Assembly (NCBI GenBank): GCA_025594325.1
Contig: JANHCV010000007.1
Location: 1,488,001 to 1,552,000, forward strand
Length of the DNA: 64,000 nt
Direction: 5' to 3'
Source: Blastocladiella emersonii ATCC 22665
Lineage: Eukaryota; Fungi; Blastocladiomycota
Shown here one piece after another: positions 39,293 through 48,391 of the stretch (positions are counted from its first letter, which is position 1; each line of letters opens with the position of its first letter). Made by a program: the position numbers and the translations under genes. Under the pieces are notes generated by a model. It did not search any database, was not told the DNA's origin, and worked only from the letters and a program-made list of their open reading frames with translations.

Positions 39293-39778
39293 ATGAGTTC
39301 GCCAGATATCGTGTTGAAGGAATTCCGCAAACGGTTTGTTGATGTTCAGAATGGGCGGATATACATTCGAATGAAGGACAACTCGCTTAAAGAGACTGGG
39401 TTGAGTAAAAATACCAAAGGGTACCTCCAGGTTTTGATCAAAGGTCGGAAGCAAAGCGTTCATCGCATTATCATGACTGTCCACCTTGGCCGCGAACTAC
39501 TTCCAGGAGAACAAGTGAATCACATTAATCACAAACGGGATGACAATCGGATTGCGAACTTGGAAATCGTCTCGGCCCAACAAAACAGTCAATGGCGAAG
39601 CACTACGACTGGAGTCACACAGCGTCGAAACGGTAAATGGCAAGCGATGATCTGGACAGATGGCCGTCAAAGACACATTGGTTCGTACAAAACCCGCGAA
39701 GAAGCCTTAGTCGCACGCCACGCCGCTGCTCGCGCCCTCAACGCTCAAGGTCACCGATTCTACATCCCGGAAGAGTAA
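39293..39778 (+). CDS. HNH endonuclease (HNH_3 type) fused to an AP2-like DNA-binding domain
   Basis: VHRIIM..VNHINHKRDDNRIANL (HNH), then GV..RNGKWQAMI..HIGSYKTREEA..R..AA (AP2-like). Confidence 0.88.
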   Translation: MSSPDIVLKEFRKRFVDVQNGRIYIRMKDNSLKETGLSKNTKGYLQVLIKGRKQSVHRIIMTVHLGRELLPGEQVNHINHKRDDNRIANLEIVSAQQNSQWRSTTTGVTQRRNGKWQAMIWTDGRQRHIGSYKTREEALVARHAAARALNAQGHRFYIPEE

Positions 39779-40013
39779 TGTCACTCGGCTTCCCTACCCG
39801 CGTCTCCTTTCCAGAAAATATACAAGTCAAACAAGGCACGTCATCCAAATGCTCTTCTACGCGATAGCCATCCACAAGTCCACTCATTGACTCTTCATAC
39901 TCATAAAGGCACGCCCAGCAAATGGGCTCTCCGCAAGATTCACAGAATGCGTGTAGATCAAATACGTCGACTTGGCATGCACAGCTGTTACAGGGCGAGT
40001 CCAGGGTCTCCAT
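39738..40013 (-). CDS. Small Cys8 zinc-finger protein (91 aa from the ATG at 40013)
   Basis: CNSC..CESCGEPICWAC..CLTC. Confidence 0.55.
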   Translation of the reverse strand: METLDSPCNSCACQVDVFDLHAFCESCGEPICWACLYEYEESMSGLVDGYRVEEHLDDVPCLTCIFSGKETRVGKPSDITLPGCRIGDLER

Positions 40014-40087
40014 ACTGTGATCACGCGCTGTGTATTTAAACCGCCAAACGCATTCAAGCAGTTCTTTCTTTACTTGTCGTTCTGTAA

Positions 40088-40600
40088 ATGGAAGATTCCA
40101 AAACAAAGTGCGCGACCTGTTCGAGCGAGCCCCCAACCGGCCGTCTCAAGCAGTGCCAAGGGTGCGGCGTGGAAGTTTGTAAGATTTGTTTGAAACGCGT
40201 TACCAAGCTCTGCCCTGTTTGTAGATCCGGCGCACAGCCCTTTGTCATTGACCTTTTCAAAGTCCTGACTAAACGCAATGAATATCTACAGCGGCAGCTC
40301 CAGCAGCCTCGCACAGAATGTCTGGGTTGTATCCACCACCACCACGCTCTGGCACGGATATCAGTAGCAAATGAAGAGGTTTTTCGTAAGACCCGCGACC
40401 AGATGAAGGCTGACTACGAGCACGCACTCGCGCAAAAGCGCCAACAATGGTTCCTGATGGGTGCAGAGTCGATTCTCAAAGACACTGATCCGGCTAAACT
40501 TGCTATTCAGGAGAAAGTCTCTGGTGGATTCGGAGACGTGTACAACAAGTACCGGACATCCCCACGGATGTGCAAAGTAAACGAGTGGAACGCACACTGA
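40088..40600 (+). CDS. C4C4 RING-like finger plus coiled-coil protein
   Basis: CATC-x11-CQGCGVEVCKIC-x7-CPVCR. GTAAATG start. Confidence 0.75.
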   Translation: MEDSKTKCATCSSEPPTGRLKQCQGCGVEVCKICLKRVTKLCPVCRSGAQPFVIDLFKVLTKRNEYLQRQLQQPRTECLGCIHHHHALARISVANEEVFRKTRDQMKADYEHALAQKRQQWFLMGAESILKDTDPAKLAIQEKVSGGFGDVYNKYRTSPRMCKVNEWNAH

Positions 40601-40624
40601 ATTCTTTCTCTCAAGACTTTGTAA

Positions 40625-40789
40625 ATGGCAGTACCAACTCGATTCCAGGCGCCATGCGACCACGATCGCATTCCAGGTTGGCTTGATCAGCACGATATCG
40701 TCCGTGCAACCATTCTCTGTCCGCGCTGCGAACGCCGAGTGACGTACAAACGCACAGACTACGATAGCGACGAATATTTTAGCGACTAA
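40625..40789 (+). CDS. 54-aa Zn-ribbon-like microprotein (not in the ORF track)
   Basis: MAVPTRFQAPCDH..LCPRCERR..SDEYFSD. GTAAATG start. Confidence 0.55.
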   Translation: MAVPTRFQAPCDHDRIPGWLDQHDIVRATILCPRCERRVTYKRTDYDSDEYFSD

Positions 40790-40828
40790 GTCTTTCAGAG
40801 GTACATGGAGGTAATTCTGAAAGGTATT

Positions 40829-41005
40829 TCATTCAAAGTACACGGTGTATTTCTCGCCGGGCTTCAGTGTGCCACGGACCGCCGTGTACTTGATCGTTCC
40901 TGGCTTTGGAGCGCTCAGCATCTCGATGGGCAAGACAGTCTCGGGGATGTACACGGTGGGATTCGGGGATGGCGTACCCTGGGAAGTAATACAACTCGTT
41001 CCCAT
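40829..41005 (-). CDS. Possible 58-aa protein downstream of the MCP
   Basis: MGTSCITSQG..YTVYFE with coding-like codon usage. An overlapping alternative frame (40833..41048) also exists. Confidence 0.3.
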   Translation of the reverse strand: MGTSCITSQGTPSPNPTVYIPETVLPIEMLSAPKPGTIKYTAVRGTLKPGEKYTVYFE

Positions 41006-41091
41006 GGTGTTCCTTGACTTTGCGGCCGAAAAGAATCCCGTAGCACATTGCGTTTGAACGAGTTGCCGCTTACCATCGCCCCGAAAAAACT

Positions 41092-42306
41092 TTAGTGGAT
41101 CACGGTTGTGCCCAAAGCCTTTGCGACCACCACGACGTCGTGCTCAACCCAAGCATCAAAGCGGATAGGCGGAGAGTCGGCGGGTAGAGTCAGAATCAGA
41201 TCAATGGGCAGCTGTGAGACCACACCGTCGCTGTTGCCACTGATAGCCGATCGGACGACGTTCAGGTTTTGGGCAATGAAGAACTTGGTGCTTTGAGGAC
41301 CATAGTAATTTGAGAACTCCACAACCCCACGGACGTTATGCGAAAACGCCTTGACGACCTCACACCACGCCTCTGAAACATCAGCCACAGGCTTTGATGG
41401 GTAATAAGTATTGCCAATCTTGAACTGGTAAGAAAGCAGACGACACGCGCGGGTGTACGTCTTGGACATTTCTGTGATTTGGTTTAGATTGACCAGACTT
41501 GACAGCTGCATAGACGCGATCACAGTCTTTTGGGAGCGGTTGCGGTTAGGGATGACGATGGTGTTTACGCCTGCATTCAGGGTTTTACCAAAGTGAGTAA
41601 AGCTCGAGAAGTGAAACTTGATTCCCTCGTTCATCCAGCGCTTTGCAAGTACAGCGTTGATCTGGGGCGACAGCTCTACCTCCTCAAACTGGAGCTCACA
41701 GTTGGTCAGTGCATACTCAAGGTTCTCTGAGGGAGCGCCGTTCTCGGTGGTGACGTGCCACTGTGCGCCAGGACGAAGGTTGATGTCAATGTCGATGAAC
41801 CCGAACATGGACGTGGGAATAAAGGTCTTCACGTCGAACAGTCCCTTGAGATGGACCATGTACTTGCGGCCGAGCGGGCGCGATGTCTTTGGCCCACAGC
41901 CCAGGTGGAAAAGATTCTTGCGCTGGGACTCGTTGCAAGTCGTATCGAGCAGGATAGCATGGAGGCGCGCGTACTCGTTCTCTTCGAATAGGACTGTGCC
42001 TTTCTCGTCAGTTGCACGGATGCTTTCGATGCAGCTGAACGCGTTCTCGTCCATGACGATCTGGTTATTGCTCGAAGTGGCATTGTGATTGAATACAAAG
42101 AACAGTGTCGTCGGATCAATCATCTTAGTCTTTACGCCAGGGATGCGGAACCGGATCTGGCGATTGGCATCCGAGAACACTCCGCCAGTGGTTGAACGAA
42201 CCGTGTTGTACACACGAGTCCCTGAAACGTGCTCAGGAACGCGGTAAAGGATTTCCTCGGGCGTGATTTCGGGCTGGGAGTCGTAGAGTTTTAGCGAATT
42301 GGACAT
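41092..42306 (-). CDS. Major capsid protein, PLV-type double jelly-roll (404 aa)
   Basis: IRFRI..IDP..FFVF, FEENEY, FIP..IDIDINL, YQFKIGNTYYPSKP, FFIAQNL, VEHDVV. Adjacent to penton and ATPase. Confidence 0.88.
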   Translation of the reverse strand: MSNSLKLYDSQPEITPEEILYRVPEHVSGTRVYNTVRSTTGGVFSDANRQIRFRIPGVKTKMIDPTTLFFVFNHNATSSNNQIVMDENAFSCIESIRATDEKGTVLFEENEYARLHAILLDTTCNESQRKNLFHLGCGPKTSRPLGRKYMVHLKGLFDVKTFIPTSMFGFIDIDINLRPGAQWHVTTENGAPSENLEYALTNCELQFEEVELSPQINAVLAKRWMNEGIKFHFSSFTHFGKTLNAGVNTIVIPNRNRSQKTVIASMQLSSLVNLNQITEMSKTYTRACRLLSYQFKIGNTYYPSKPVADVSEAWCEVVKAFSHNVRGVVEFSNYYGPQSTKFFIAQNLNVVRSAISGNSDGVVSQLPIDLILTLPADSPPIRFDAWVEHDVVVVAKALGTTVIH

Positions 42307-42337
42307 TTAATGTCGCGCAATAAAAAAAAAGTACACT

Positions 42338-43531
42338 TTATGAGAAACACAGCGTCATAAACCACTGGCAACTTGTGGTATCGAGCCGACGGCCTGTGGA
42401 CCCTTCGGAAAACTCGATCAAGAACGTGTCCAGGTCGCGCTGGTACCCGAACCAGCTCATACTGGTCGATGGACTGCGATAGGTTGTGGCATATCCTGGT
42501 GAACTGTTGATGGGAAAGGCAGCGAGAACGGGTTTGTGATTGGCGCCATGAAGACGTTTATTGGTGGTCGCACTCCCAAGTTCCGAGCTGTGAATCACAA
42601 GTGAGAACAGTCCGCCGGTCATGTCCACGCAACGGTCACCCACAATCAGTCGAGCTGGCACGTTAAACTGTTCGTGTGAGAGACCTAAAAAGTCGCTTGC
42701 GAGTTTACATGGATGGACGATGAAACACTCTGCATTTGCGCCCTTGACAAGTCGGAGTTCAGCAACGAAGCGAATGGCATTGAAACTGACCTCAAGTTTC
42801 AGATCGCCGTCGCTGTTGGGATTAAAGTACCCAGTCACGCTGGCCAGAGTGGATGCAAGTGTTGCCTGCGTATAGAACCCGCGGGGAATCGTGTACTTTG
42901 ACCGTAACCCAGTGACTTGCCCACTCTTGATTTGATCCAGCGATGTTCCAAGCGGGAACACAGTCATATCCAGGAAGTCGTTTGTTGCGTCGACGCTATA
43001 GATGTTGTTCTCTATTGTAAAATCCAAGAGTCGGACGTGCGAGAACCTTGAACCAGGTGGGAGCGGAATACGGCCGTCTGCCTGGACATCCGCGTTGGTG
43101 AAAGTGAAGACGTGCTCCTCAGTGGGATGCGATGCTTGGTGCTGTACTTCGAGTGCCCTGCTCCGAGCATCAATGGGAGCCACGTAGACCGCACTTGATA
43201 CTGTATCGACGGGAACGGCGTCAATGGAAAACGGCATGGGCGCAGTCGCTTCCAGATCACGGCGAGTCACTGTGGGTACGTTCGGAAGTTCCTTGAGCAT
43301 GCGTCGCTTAGCCTTTGCCTCAGCCGACACTGGGTTCACTGGTCGAAAGACTTTTTTCGTGCCATCCCTGGAGATACTCACAATCTTCTTGATCTTAAGG
43401 ACGCGTTTCATGGGCCTTTGCGCAATGGGGATATCTTTCTCCTTGTTTCGGATCCGGTCAGTGTCAGTCTCGGGCCGCGACCCAGTTGGTGCGCGGGACG
43501 TTGGACGCGTGCTTGGGCGTTGCCGATTCAT
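42338..43531 (-). CDS. Minor capsid (penton, single jelly-roll) protein with a basic N-terminal arm
   Basis: FTIENNIYSV..ND, IPRGFYT..LAS.L, LAAFPI..PG..TY, FLIEF..RRLD..WFMTLCF. Confidence 0.8.
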   Translation of the reverse strand: MNRQRPSTRPTSRAPTGSRPETDTDRIRNKEKDIPIAQRPMKRVLKIKKIVSISRDGTKKVFRPVNPVSAEAKAKRRMLKELPNVPTVTRRDLEATAPMPFSIDAVPVDTVSSAVYVAPIDARSRALEVQHQASHPTEEHVFTFTNADVQADGRIPLPPGSRFSHVRLLDFTIENNIYSVDATNDFLDMTVFPLGTSLDQIKSGQVTGLRSKYTIPRGFYTQATLASTLASVTGYFNPNSDGDLKLEVSFNAIRFVAELRLVKGANAECFIVHPCKLASDFLGLSHEQFNVPARLIVGDRCVDMTGGLFSLVIHSSELGSATTNKRLHGANHKPVLAAFPINSSPGYATTYRSPSTSMSWFGYQRDLDTFLIEFSEGSTGRRLDTTSCQWFMTLCFS

Positions 43532-43549
43532 TTACAGTACCCAAGGAAT

Positions 43550-44311
43550 TTAATTCACGTACTTTTCGAACCGTTTGGTGAGCAATCTCGCCTTGCTATT
43601 CTTGTAATTGACGTGCATGAACGAATAGTCCTCGGCAGTACAGTGATTATAGATCTGCAACCACCGGTCCCAAGTCTTGCCACAATGATGCTCCTCGTAA
43701 AAGTTTTTCACTTCCTTTTGATTGCCCGTTGAGAACAACAGAAAGTTGGTTGTGTTGAGACGAAGCGGCTTGGCAAGCTGGAAGTAAGATTGTGTGACGT
43801 AGACCGTGGAAATCATGTAGTGTCGCCCGTTCATGACACAATCAATGAGGACTTTGCTTTTAAGCACACCCGCTGCCGCGCAATCGTCGAGTACAAGGAG
43901 TACGGGCTGTCGATCGCGTTTGGGGATGGCTTTTTGCGACTCGATGAGTTCGTAGACCACGTTTTCAAAGGTCGCGGCATCCGTATGGACATCCGCCTCG
44001 GATGGAACGGTGGGGTCTTCAAGGTCATCGTCTGGGAACAGTCGCGCTTCGGCCTTGTCTTTGCGGCGGGGCTTTGAGAGGATTCCTGGCGCGAAGATGT
44101 GTTTCCACTTCTCGTCGCTTTCAAACGATGGACAGCACACGACAAGCCGGCTAAACTGGCCCTTGTAAAAGCGTGTGATCATGTTCAGTAGCGTGAGCGT
44201 CTTGCCACTTCCACGACATGCTACGATCGCACACGAAAAGCACACTTTGGGGATGAGCGAGTCCGGGCCCTTGGCGTCGCCCTTTTCTCGTAATGGTTTG
44301 ATTTCGAACAT
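43550..44311 (-). CDS. A32-like (FtsK/HerA) genome-packaging ATPase
   Basis: Walker A ACRGSGKT, Walker B LLVLDDC, GRHYMIS..VTQ, LRLN. Confidence 0.93.
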   Translation of the reverse strand: MFEIKPLREKGDAKGPDSLIPKVCFSCAIVACRGSGKTLTLLNMITRFYKGQFSRLVVCCPSFESDEKWKHIFAPGILSKPRRKDKAEARLFPDDDLEDPTVPSEADVHTDAATFENVVYELIESQKAIPKRDRQPVLLVLDDCAAAGVLKSKVLIDCVMNGRHYMISTVYVTQSYFQLAKPLRLNTTNFLLFSTGNQKEVKNFYEEHHCGKTWDRWLQIYNHCTAEDYSFMHVNYKNSKARLLTKRFEKYVN

Positions 44312-44448
44312 CTTTACGGTATACCATCAAAAGTATTTGCGTTTGAGCCACAGAGCACACTGGACACACTCTACGGCGAGAACGTATCCGCCAAAATACA
44401 TTAAAGCAGTTGAGAACATGACTGATTTAATGTGTGATGAGAAAATAT

Positions 44449-44754
44449 TTAGGCGCCTTCTGAAAGCGCTCGGTCTATAGCGTGCCCTACGTGGGCAATA
44501 CTGTCAAGAATCGGATCAACGCGGAGAATGGCTTCCTCAGCCAGGCCGCTTGCAAGGTTCACGCCAGCTGCAAAGTCGCGAAGGACGGGAATCGGAAGAC
44601 TCGAGATCATGCCGCTGTAGTACTTGGTATTATGTATAACGGGCGAGACTTTCTCGTGGAGAATGCGTTTCCCATAGTCGATACCAGTAACGAGCGCTTT
44701 GGCGGCAATCCCCGCGTATCCTTTCAAGTTATTCCAAGCGTTTGCAAACCACAT
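44449..44754 (-). CDS. Small putative virion protein with an N-terminal amphipathic helix
   Basis: MWFANAWNNLKGYAGIAAKAL. TAAA just upstream of the ATG; lies in the morphogenesis cluster. Confidence 0.6.
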   Translation of the reverse strand: MWFANAWNNLKGYAGIAAKALVTGIDYGKRILHEKVSPVIHNTKYYSGMISSLPIPVLRDFAAGVNLASGLAEEAILRVDPILDSIAHVGHAIDRALSEGA

Positions 44755-44769
44755 TGTTTAACTATAGGC

Positions 44770-45300
44770 TCAGGAAAAAAGATGCGAAAAGTCTTGCACT
44801 GCAGATTTGGGCTGACGGGGATTCTGGAGTCGTTTTGGTTTGGCAGCGGGTTTGGGCACAGGTTTGGGCGGCGGGTCATCATACGAGCTCTCTGACTCGG
44901 ATTCCGAGACATACACGACGCGTTGGCGCTGTTTCTTGGGCTTGGGCTTGTACACGACAATTTCTTCCTCCGATTCCGACTCGGACACTTGCACAGCCGC
45001 TTTCTTGGAAGCGATCCGAGTAGCGAGTTCCTTGAGCTTGGTCTTTTGTGCGGCAGCGAGGTCTTTCTTGCGTTGGGCCAGATTGGCGGCACGGACTTCG
45101 CGTGCTTTCGCCAGTGCATCCAGTCGCCGCTGCTTGATCACGTCCGGATCAGTTTCTTTAGGGAGTGCACTGCCGCCACGTTTCTGTTTCCACAGTTTCG
45201 CATTCTTGATTTCAGAAAGAACTTCCTCAACCGAGGCATCTGAGGTATCTGTCGCGGATGTTTCAAGGATGGGCTCCTCTACGGGCTGAGTGCGCGGCAT
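44770..45300 (-). CDS. Charged low-complexity protein (possible core/DNA-condensing protein)
   Basis: RLDALAKARE..SESESEEEIVVYKPKPKK. ACTGTAAATG start. Confidence 0.7.
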   Translation of the reverse strand: MPRTQPVEEPILETSATDTSDASVEEVLSEIKNAKLWKQKRGGSALPKETDPDVIKQRRLDALAKAREVRAANLAQRKKDLAAAQKTKLKELATRIASKKAAVQVSESESEEEIVVYKPKPKKQRQRVVYVSESESESSYDDPPPKPVPKPAAKPKRLQNPRQPKSAVQDFSHLFS

Positions 45301-45325
45301 TTACAGTATCCTCAGAAAAAGATTT

Positions 45326-45577
45326 CTACGACGCAGTCTTCGTTTTCAGTTTCAAGAGCATTCGCTGTCTGATCTGAGAAATGTTTTCTTTGTGCGGGTC
45401 ACTTGTGTGTTGGCGAACCAGGTCTTGCATCTTACGGAGACGCTTTGCCTGTCGTTTTCCAGAGATTTGGTTTTCTACCGGTTCCACGGGCCGTTCCTGA
45501 AGCGAAAAGGCAATGGACACGTCGTCGCTAATCGTATTCCGTGGGTCGTTGATCAGGACAAGCTCGGACAAATCCAT
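45326..45577 (-). CDS. Hypothetical 83-aa basic protein
   Basis: Tightly packed between neighbours. T-tract and TAAAAG upstream. Confidence 0.55.
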   Translation of the reverse strand: MDLSELVLINDPRNTISDDVSIAFSLQERPVEPVENQISGKRQAKRLRKMQDLVRQHTSDPHKENISQIRQRMLLKLKTKTAS

Positions 45578-45603
45578 CTTTATTGAAGCCCGTCAAAAAG
45601 ATT

Positions 45604-46383
45604 TCAAGTACTTGTGCGGCCGAAGGGCACTTTACAGACGTCCAAGAGCACTCGGACAAAGAACTGGTACCCAGACATGTCCTTGACAATGGTCATGGTG
45701 ATCCGGTTTTGCTCGTTTTTATCAAACTCGACAGAATGGGCTGCAGTATCGAGATGAAGGCGGTGGCGGTAGATATCGCGAAAGTACACTTGGCATCCCA
45801 CAATGTGGTTCAGATCCGGAGTTGGGAGGATATTGGTGATGTCGAAAGTGTGCTGCGACTCGGACAGCGTCATGTCGTAATCGAGCAAAACGCGTTTGAT
45901 GGGCAGGCTATGGGAACCAAAGTAATCGGCCTCCACGGTTCCGTCCATGCGAGCGTCGCCCTTGACGTAGAACGCGTTTTCGTCTGGCGGTGGGCCATTG
46001 TGCAGGATACTGAGGCCGTGATACGACAGATTCGTGACAACTTCAGGCGGATCGTCGCTACGGCCAGGCGGAGCAACGTACTGGCAAACCTTTACGGTGC
46101 CGTTACCCATGTCTTCGGCCTCCATTGCGTACTGCGGACCACCTGGTCGGTACCGCCATGGCGACATTGCAAATCGCGTAGTTTCTCCTTCACCGCCTGG
46201 TCCTGTAATGCTAAACACGGCGCCGTCTTCCTTGGTATTTGAGTGCAGTCGCAGTACGGCGTCAGTTTCAATATCGACACTTCCATTGGCAAGTTGGATC
46301 GTGAGGTCTTGGTGGCGCTGGTCCATGACCTGGGACGAGAGCGTTCGGACGCGGAGTGAGCCGTTTGCAGTTGTGGATGCCAT
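45604..46383 (-). CDS. Hypothetical beta-rich protein, possible fibre/spike component
   Basis: FYVKGDARMDGTV fibre-like repeat. GTAAATG start. Confidence 0.65.
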   Translation of the reverse strand: MASTTANGSLRVRTLSSQVMDQRHQDLTIQLANGSVDIETDAVLRLHSNTKEDGAVFSITGPGGEGETTRFAMSPWRYRPGGPQYAMEAEDMGNGTVKVCQYVAPPGRSDDPPEVVTNLSYHGLSILHNGPPPDENAFYVKGDARMDGTVEADYFGSHSLPIKRVLLDYDMTLSESQHTFDITNILPTPDLNHIVGCQVYFRDIYRHRLHLDTAAHSVEFDKNEQNRITMTIVKDMSGYQFFVRVLLDVCKVPFGRTST

Positions 46384-46498
46384 TTACTTGAACGCACGAT
46401 TTTAAATTCAGCGGCGTGGGCAGTGATCGGCGACATCCCCAGGGATGCCCGTGTCAGCGTACGGTCATGTCGTGCATTTTTATCTCTCCAAAGTGTAA

Positions 46499-48373
46499 AT
46501 GGACTTGAACACGCGAAACATCTTTGGGTACGCACCTGGTACCGGTACTCCAACTGTGGTCGCCGATCCGGTGGCCATTGACAGCGTCTCAAACCTTGCA
46601 ACAAAGGCGTACTGTAACGCCAACTCTGGAGTGGCTGCGGGGACCAACATCGTTGTTACTGGCAAGACCGTTGCAGTGAGTGACCTACCTGGATTCTCCC
46701 AAGTCACGCTATCTGAGCCACCCACACTTCCAACGCATGCCGTGACCAAGGCCCACCTTGAATCAAAACTTTCAAACGTGATTGGCGCAGGTCCTGGTGT
46801 GAATGTCATTGGAAACGTCGTATCGGTAAAGGTGGACGACGCGACGCTTGGAGTTGGGGCACAGGGAATCTATGTCAAGTCCGGTCTTGCAGCTGGATCA
46901 GTGACGTCTGCGGCGATTCAAGATGGTTCGGTGACCACGGCAAAGCTGGTCGATGCATCTGTCACGCCTGAGAAACTCACAAGTGTGCCATGGACAAAAG
47001 TTACGGCTCCGCGGATCACAAACGCCATGCTGGCTGAACCCGTTGCCGACGCAAACATTGCCAGCGTTTCAGCGACCAAGGTCGTGGGCCAATTTGCACA
47101 GAGTCAGCTCCCAAACACGATCGACGCGGGCCGAATCGGCGGTACACTTGCCGCGGCTAATCTCCCTTTGACTATTGACGCTGGCAAACTCACTGGATTG
47201 GTTCCGGTGTCGTGTCTTCCCGCAACGACATCGACAGCTGCATCGACCATCACTGGACTCATCACCGACTCCCAAATCGCCGGAGTGTCCGCATCCAAGG
47301 TTTCGGGCGTACTTGCTGCTGCGAACATCCCCACGGTATTCTCAGGGATGATTGCCTCCCTTGAAACGACCAAGTTGAACGGGCAGATCACAAATGCCCA
47401 AATCGGTGCCGTAGATGCTGCAAAGATTACGACTGGAACCATTGACTTGGCTCGACTCCCTGATGTTTCAAACAAAGTTGGTTCTCTGTCCGGCCTTGCA
47501 CTTGTTGATGCATCTGTTTCGGATGCCAAACTTGTGAGTGTTTCTGGTGGAAAGCTCGTTGCGGGTTCAGTAGGTACATCAGCACTCGCTGACTTGGCTG
47601 TTTCGAACGCCAAACTTGCAACGGGAATCGACGGCGCCAAAGTCACGGCCGGATCTATTGGCAATGTCCAACTCGCAAGCGGTGCTGTCTCGGACATCAA
47701 GGTCGCGGACGTTTCTGCCGCAAAGCTGACAGGTACACTCGATGTTGCACGCATTGCTGACGGTTCGATTGGCAATCTCAAACTCGCAACGGGAATTGAT
47801 GGCGCCAAAGTCACGGCCGGATCTATTGGCAATGCCCAACTCGCAAGCGGTGCTGTCTCGGACATCAAGGTCGCGGACGTTTCGGCTTCCAAGCTCACTG
47901 GCACACTCGATGTTGCACGAATTGCGGACGGTTCGATTGGCAATCTCAAACTTGCAATGGGTATTGATGGCGCCAAAGTCTCGGCCGGATCCATTGGAAA
48001 TAGCCAGCTTGCAAGCGGTGCTGTCTCGGACATCAAAGTCGCGGACGTTTCCGCTACAAAGCTCACTGGAACTCTGGACGTGGCACGTATCGCGGACGGT
48101 TCTATCGGGAATCTCAAACTGGCCACAGGAATTGACGCTACGAAACTCGCAGGAACCATCGACATTGCCCGTCTTCCCGATATTTCCTCAAAAGTGACAT
48201 CCGTGAGCGCATCCGCACTAACAGGCACAGTGCCTCAATCCGCACTTGGACTTGGCGCGACGTTTGCGTTTACGAATACGACGGATAGCACATCGACTTC
48301 ATCTGGTGCGATCACGATTAACAACGGACTTGGAGTGAATAAACAACTGTCCGTGCCCAACATTCTGGTCTGA
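46499..48373 (+). CDS. Fibre-like virion protein, N-terminal part (624 aa, Gly/Ala/Ser repeats)
   Basis: LATKAYC and AVTKAHL stalk motifs, DGSVTTAKL decamer repeats, three 56-aa tandem units. Ends at a TGA that is in frame with the next ORF. Confidence 0.8.
   Translation: MDLNTRNIFGYAPGTGTPTVVADPVAIDSVSNLATKAYCNANSGVAAGTNIVVTGKTVAVSDLPGFSQVTLSEPPTLPTHAVTKAHLESKLSNVIGAGPGVNVIGNVVSVKVDDATLGVGAQGIYVKSGLAAGSVTSAAIQDGSVTTAKLVDASVTPEKLTSVPWTKVTAPRITNAMLAEPVADANIASVSATKVVGQFAQSQLPNTIDAGRIGGTLAAANLPLTIDAGKLTGLVPVSCLPATTSTAASTITGLITDSQIAGVSASKVSGVLAAANIPTVFSGMIASLETTKLNGQITNAQIGAVDAAKITTGTIDLARLPDVSNKVGSLSGLALVDASVSDAKLVSVSGGKLVAGSVGTSALADLAVSNAKLATGIDGAKVTAGSIGNVQLASGAVSDIKVADVSAAKLTGTLDVARIADGSIGNLKLATGIDGAKVTAGSIGNAQLASGAVSDIKVADVSASKLTGTLDVARIADGSIGNLKLAMGIDGAKVSAGSIGNSQLASGAVSDIKVADVSATKLTGTLDVARIADGSIGNLKLATGIDATKLAGTIDIARLPDISSKVTSVSASALTGTVPQSALGLGATFAFTNTTDSTSTSSGAITINNGLGVNKQLSVPNILV
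47612..48150 (+). repeat. Coding tandem repeat: 3 x 168 bp plus a partial unit
   Basis: Unit starts (AAA CTY GC) at 47612, 47780, 47948 and 48116. Confidence 0.9.
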
Positions 48374-48391
48374 AACTTAACGAGCGCGAAT

